A program made the translations under genes and the position numbers. A stretch of 64,000 nt of DNA from Hemiscyllium ocellatum (lineage: Eukaryota), in NCBI RefSeq assembly GCF_020745735.1, contig NC_083409.1, positions 19,736,341 through 19,800,340 on the forward strand, given 5' to 3'. Positions 62,650 through 64,000 of this stretch are shown one piece after another (positions within the stretch are counted from its first letter, which is position 1; each line of letters opens with the position of its first letter). Below the pieces are notes generated by a model. That model was given only the letters and a program-made list of their open reading frames with translations. It did no database searches and was not told where the DNA came from.

Positions 62650-63965
62650 ATTGAGAAATATCATAAAAAGCTGAGCTCCCAGCACAGATCCCTGGGGATA
62701 CCACTATTCACATCTTCCTCACTGGAGGATGCACTCACTATTCTTCCTCTCTGCCTCCTACCTCCAAACTAATTCCTGACCAAAGACAAATACTTTTCTC
62801 TAATTGGTTTGATGGTAGAAAGCAGTGGGTAACAGTGGAAGGATGCTTGTCAGACTAGAGGCCTGTGTCTAGTGGAGTGCCTCAGGGCTCGGTCCTGTGT
62901 CCATTACTCTTTGCTAACTACATCAATAATTTGGATGAGAATCTGCAAGGCATGATTGGTAAGTTTGCAGATGACATTACAATAGACATTGAGGGAGGTT
63001 ATCAGAAATTGCAGCAGGACCTTGATCAGCTGGAGAAAGGACAAAATGAGTTCAGAGAGATAATTGTGAGGTCTTGCACTTTAGGAAGTTTAATCGAGGT
63101 GGGAGTACCATGGTGAATGGTAAGGCCTTAAGGACTGTAGTGAAACAGAGAGATCTTGGAGTTCAGGTACACGGTTCTCTGGAAGTTGAGTCACAGTTCG
63201 ACAGGGCAGTGAGGAAGGCTTTTGACACACTGGCCTTCATCAGTCAGGGCATTGAGTATAGAAGTTGAGAAGTTATGTTACCATTGTACAGAACGTTGGT
63301 GAGGTCGCACTTGGAGTATTTGGTCACCTTTGTTATAGGAAGGACATTATTAAACTGGAACAATTTCAGAGGAAATGTACAAGCATGTTGCCAGGACTCA
63401 ACAGTCTGAGTTTTTGTGAGAAGTTGGACAAGCTAGGACTTTTTTCGGAGAATGTAGGAGACTGAGGGTTTTTTTAAAGTGTATAAGACCTTGAGAGACT
63501 GGATAGGGTGAATGCACTCAGTCTTTTTCCCAGGGTTGGGGAATTGAGGATGAGATGGGTTTTAGGTTAGAGGAGAAAGAATAAAAGGGAACCTGAGGGA
63601 CAACTTGTTTACACAGAGGGTGGCACACATATGGAATGAGCTGCCAGTGGAAGTGATTGAGGTGGGTATAATAACAACTTTAAAAAGGCATTTGGACAAA
63701 TACATGGATAGGAAAGGCTCCGAAGGATATGGGCCAAGTGCAGGGAAATGGGGTTAGCGTGGATGGACATTTTGGTCAGCATGGACCAGTGTGGACCAAA
63801 AAGCCTGTCTCTGTGCTGTAGGACTCGATGACTCTTTGACTCTATAATTCCATAGGTTTCCATATTTACAAACAATATCTCAAACACAGAAACAAAGGAA
63901 CGAGCAGCAGGACTAGGCCATTCAGCCCTTCGAGTGGGGTCTGCCATTAAATATGACTATGGCTG
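62650..63965 (+). mobile_element. CR1 3' half (with a short minus-strand CR1 piece at about 62650-62800)
   Basis: SSGVPQGSVLCPLLFANYINNLD...GKFADD, RDLGVQVHGSL, and a typical 3' UTR. Confidence 0.88.
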
Positions 63966-64000
63966 ATCATTCAACTTAGTCCCCTGCTCCCACTTTTTTC

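Overview
Repeat-rich vertebrate genomic DNA from a cartilaginous fish, probably an orectolobiform (carpet/bamboo) shark. That assignment is inferred from HE1/V-SINE-type SINEs, shark-type CR1 LINEs and an NS4-type kappa light chain. Three gene-derived units sit in a matrix of LINE/SINE debris, and most are invisible in the ORF track because they are short exons. (1) 765-23800 (+): the last 10 exons of a CEP350-like gene. They splice in frame (1686 nt) but jump from the region before the CAP-Gly domain straight to the C-terminal domain, so roughly 1000 aa of mammalian CEP350 have no counterpart. One conserved exon carries an in-frame TGA (16543-16545). (2) About 33.5-34.55 kb (+): a relic of an RNase L-like gene, consisting of one clear KEN/ribonuclease-domain exon with a broken acceptor and a stop, plus probable ankyrin remnants. 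(3) 41.9-56.3 kb: an Ig kappa (shark type III/NS4) mini-cluster. Promoter-L-V-12RSS and 23RSS-J lie on the minus strand and are disabled, while the only C exon is an open reading frame on the PLUS strand, facing them. The rest is CR1, L1, L2-like, SINE and Penelope-like palindromic elements, minisatellites and simple repeats. No rRNA, true tRNA or CRISPR array was found. All homology calls are from recalled protein sequences, not database searches, and repeat boundaries are approximate.
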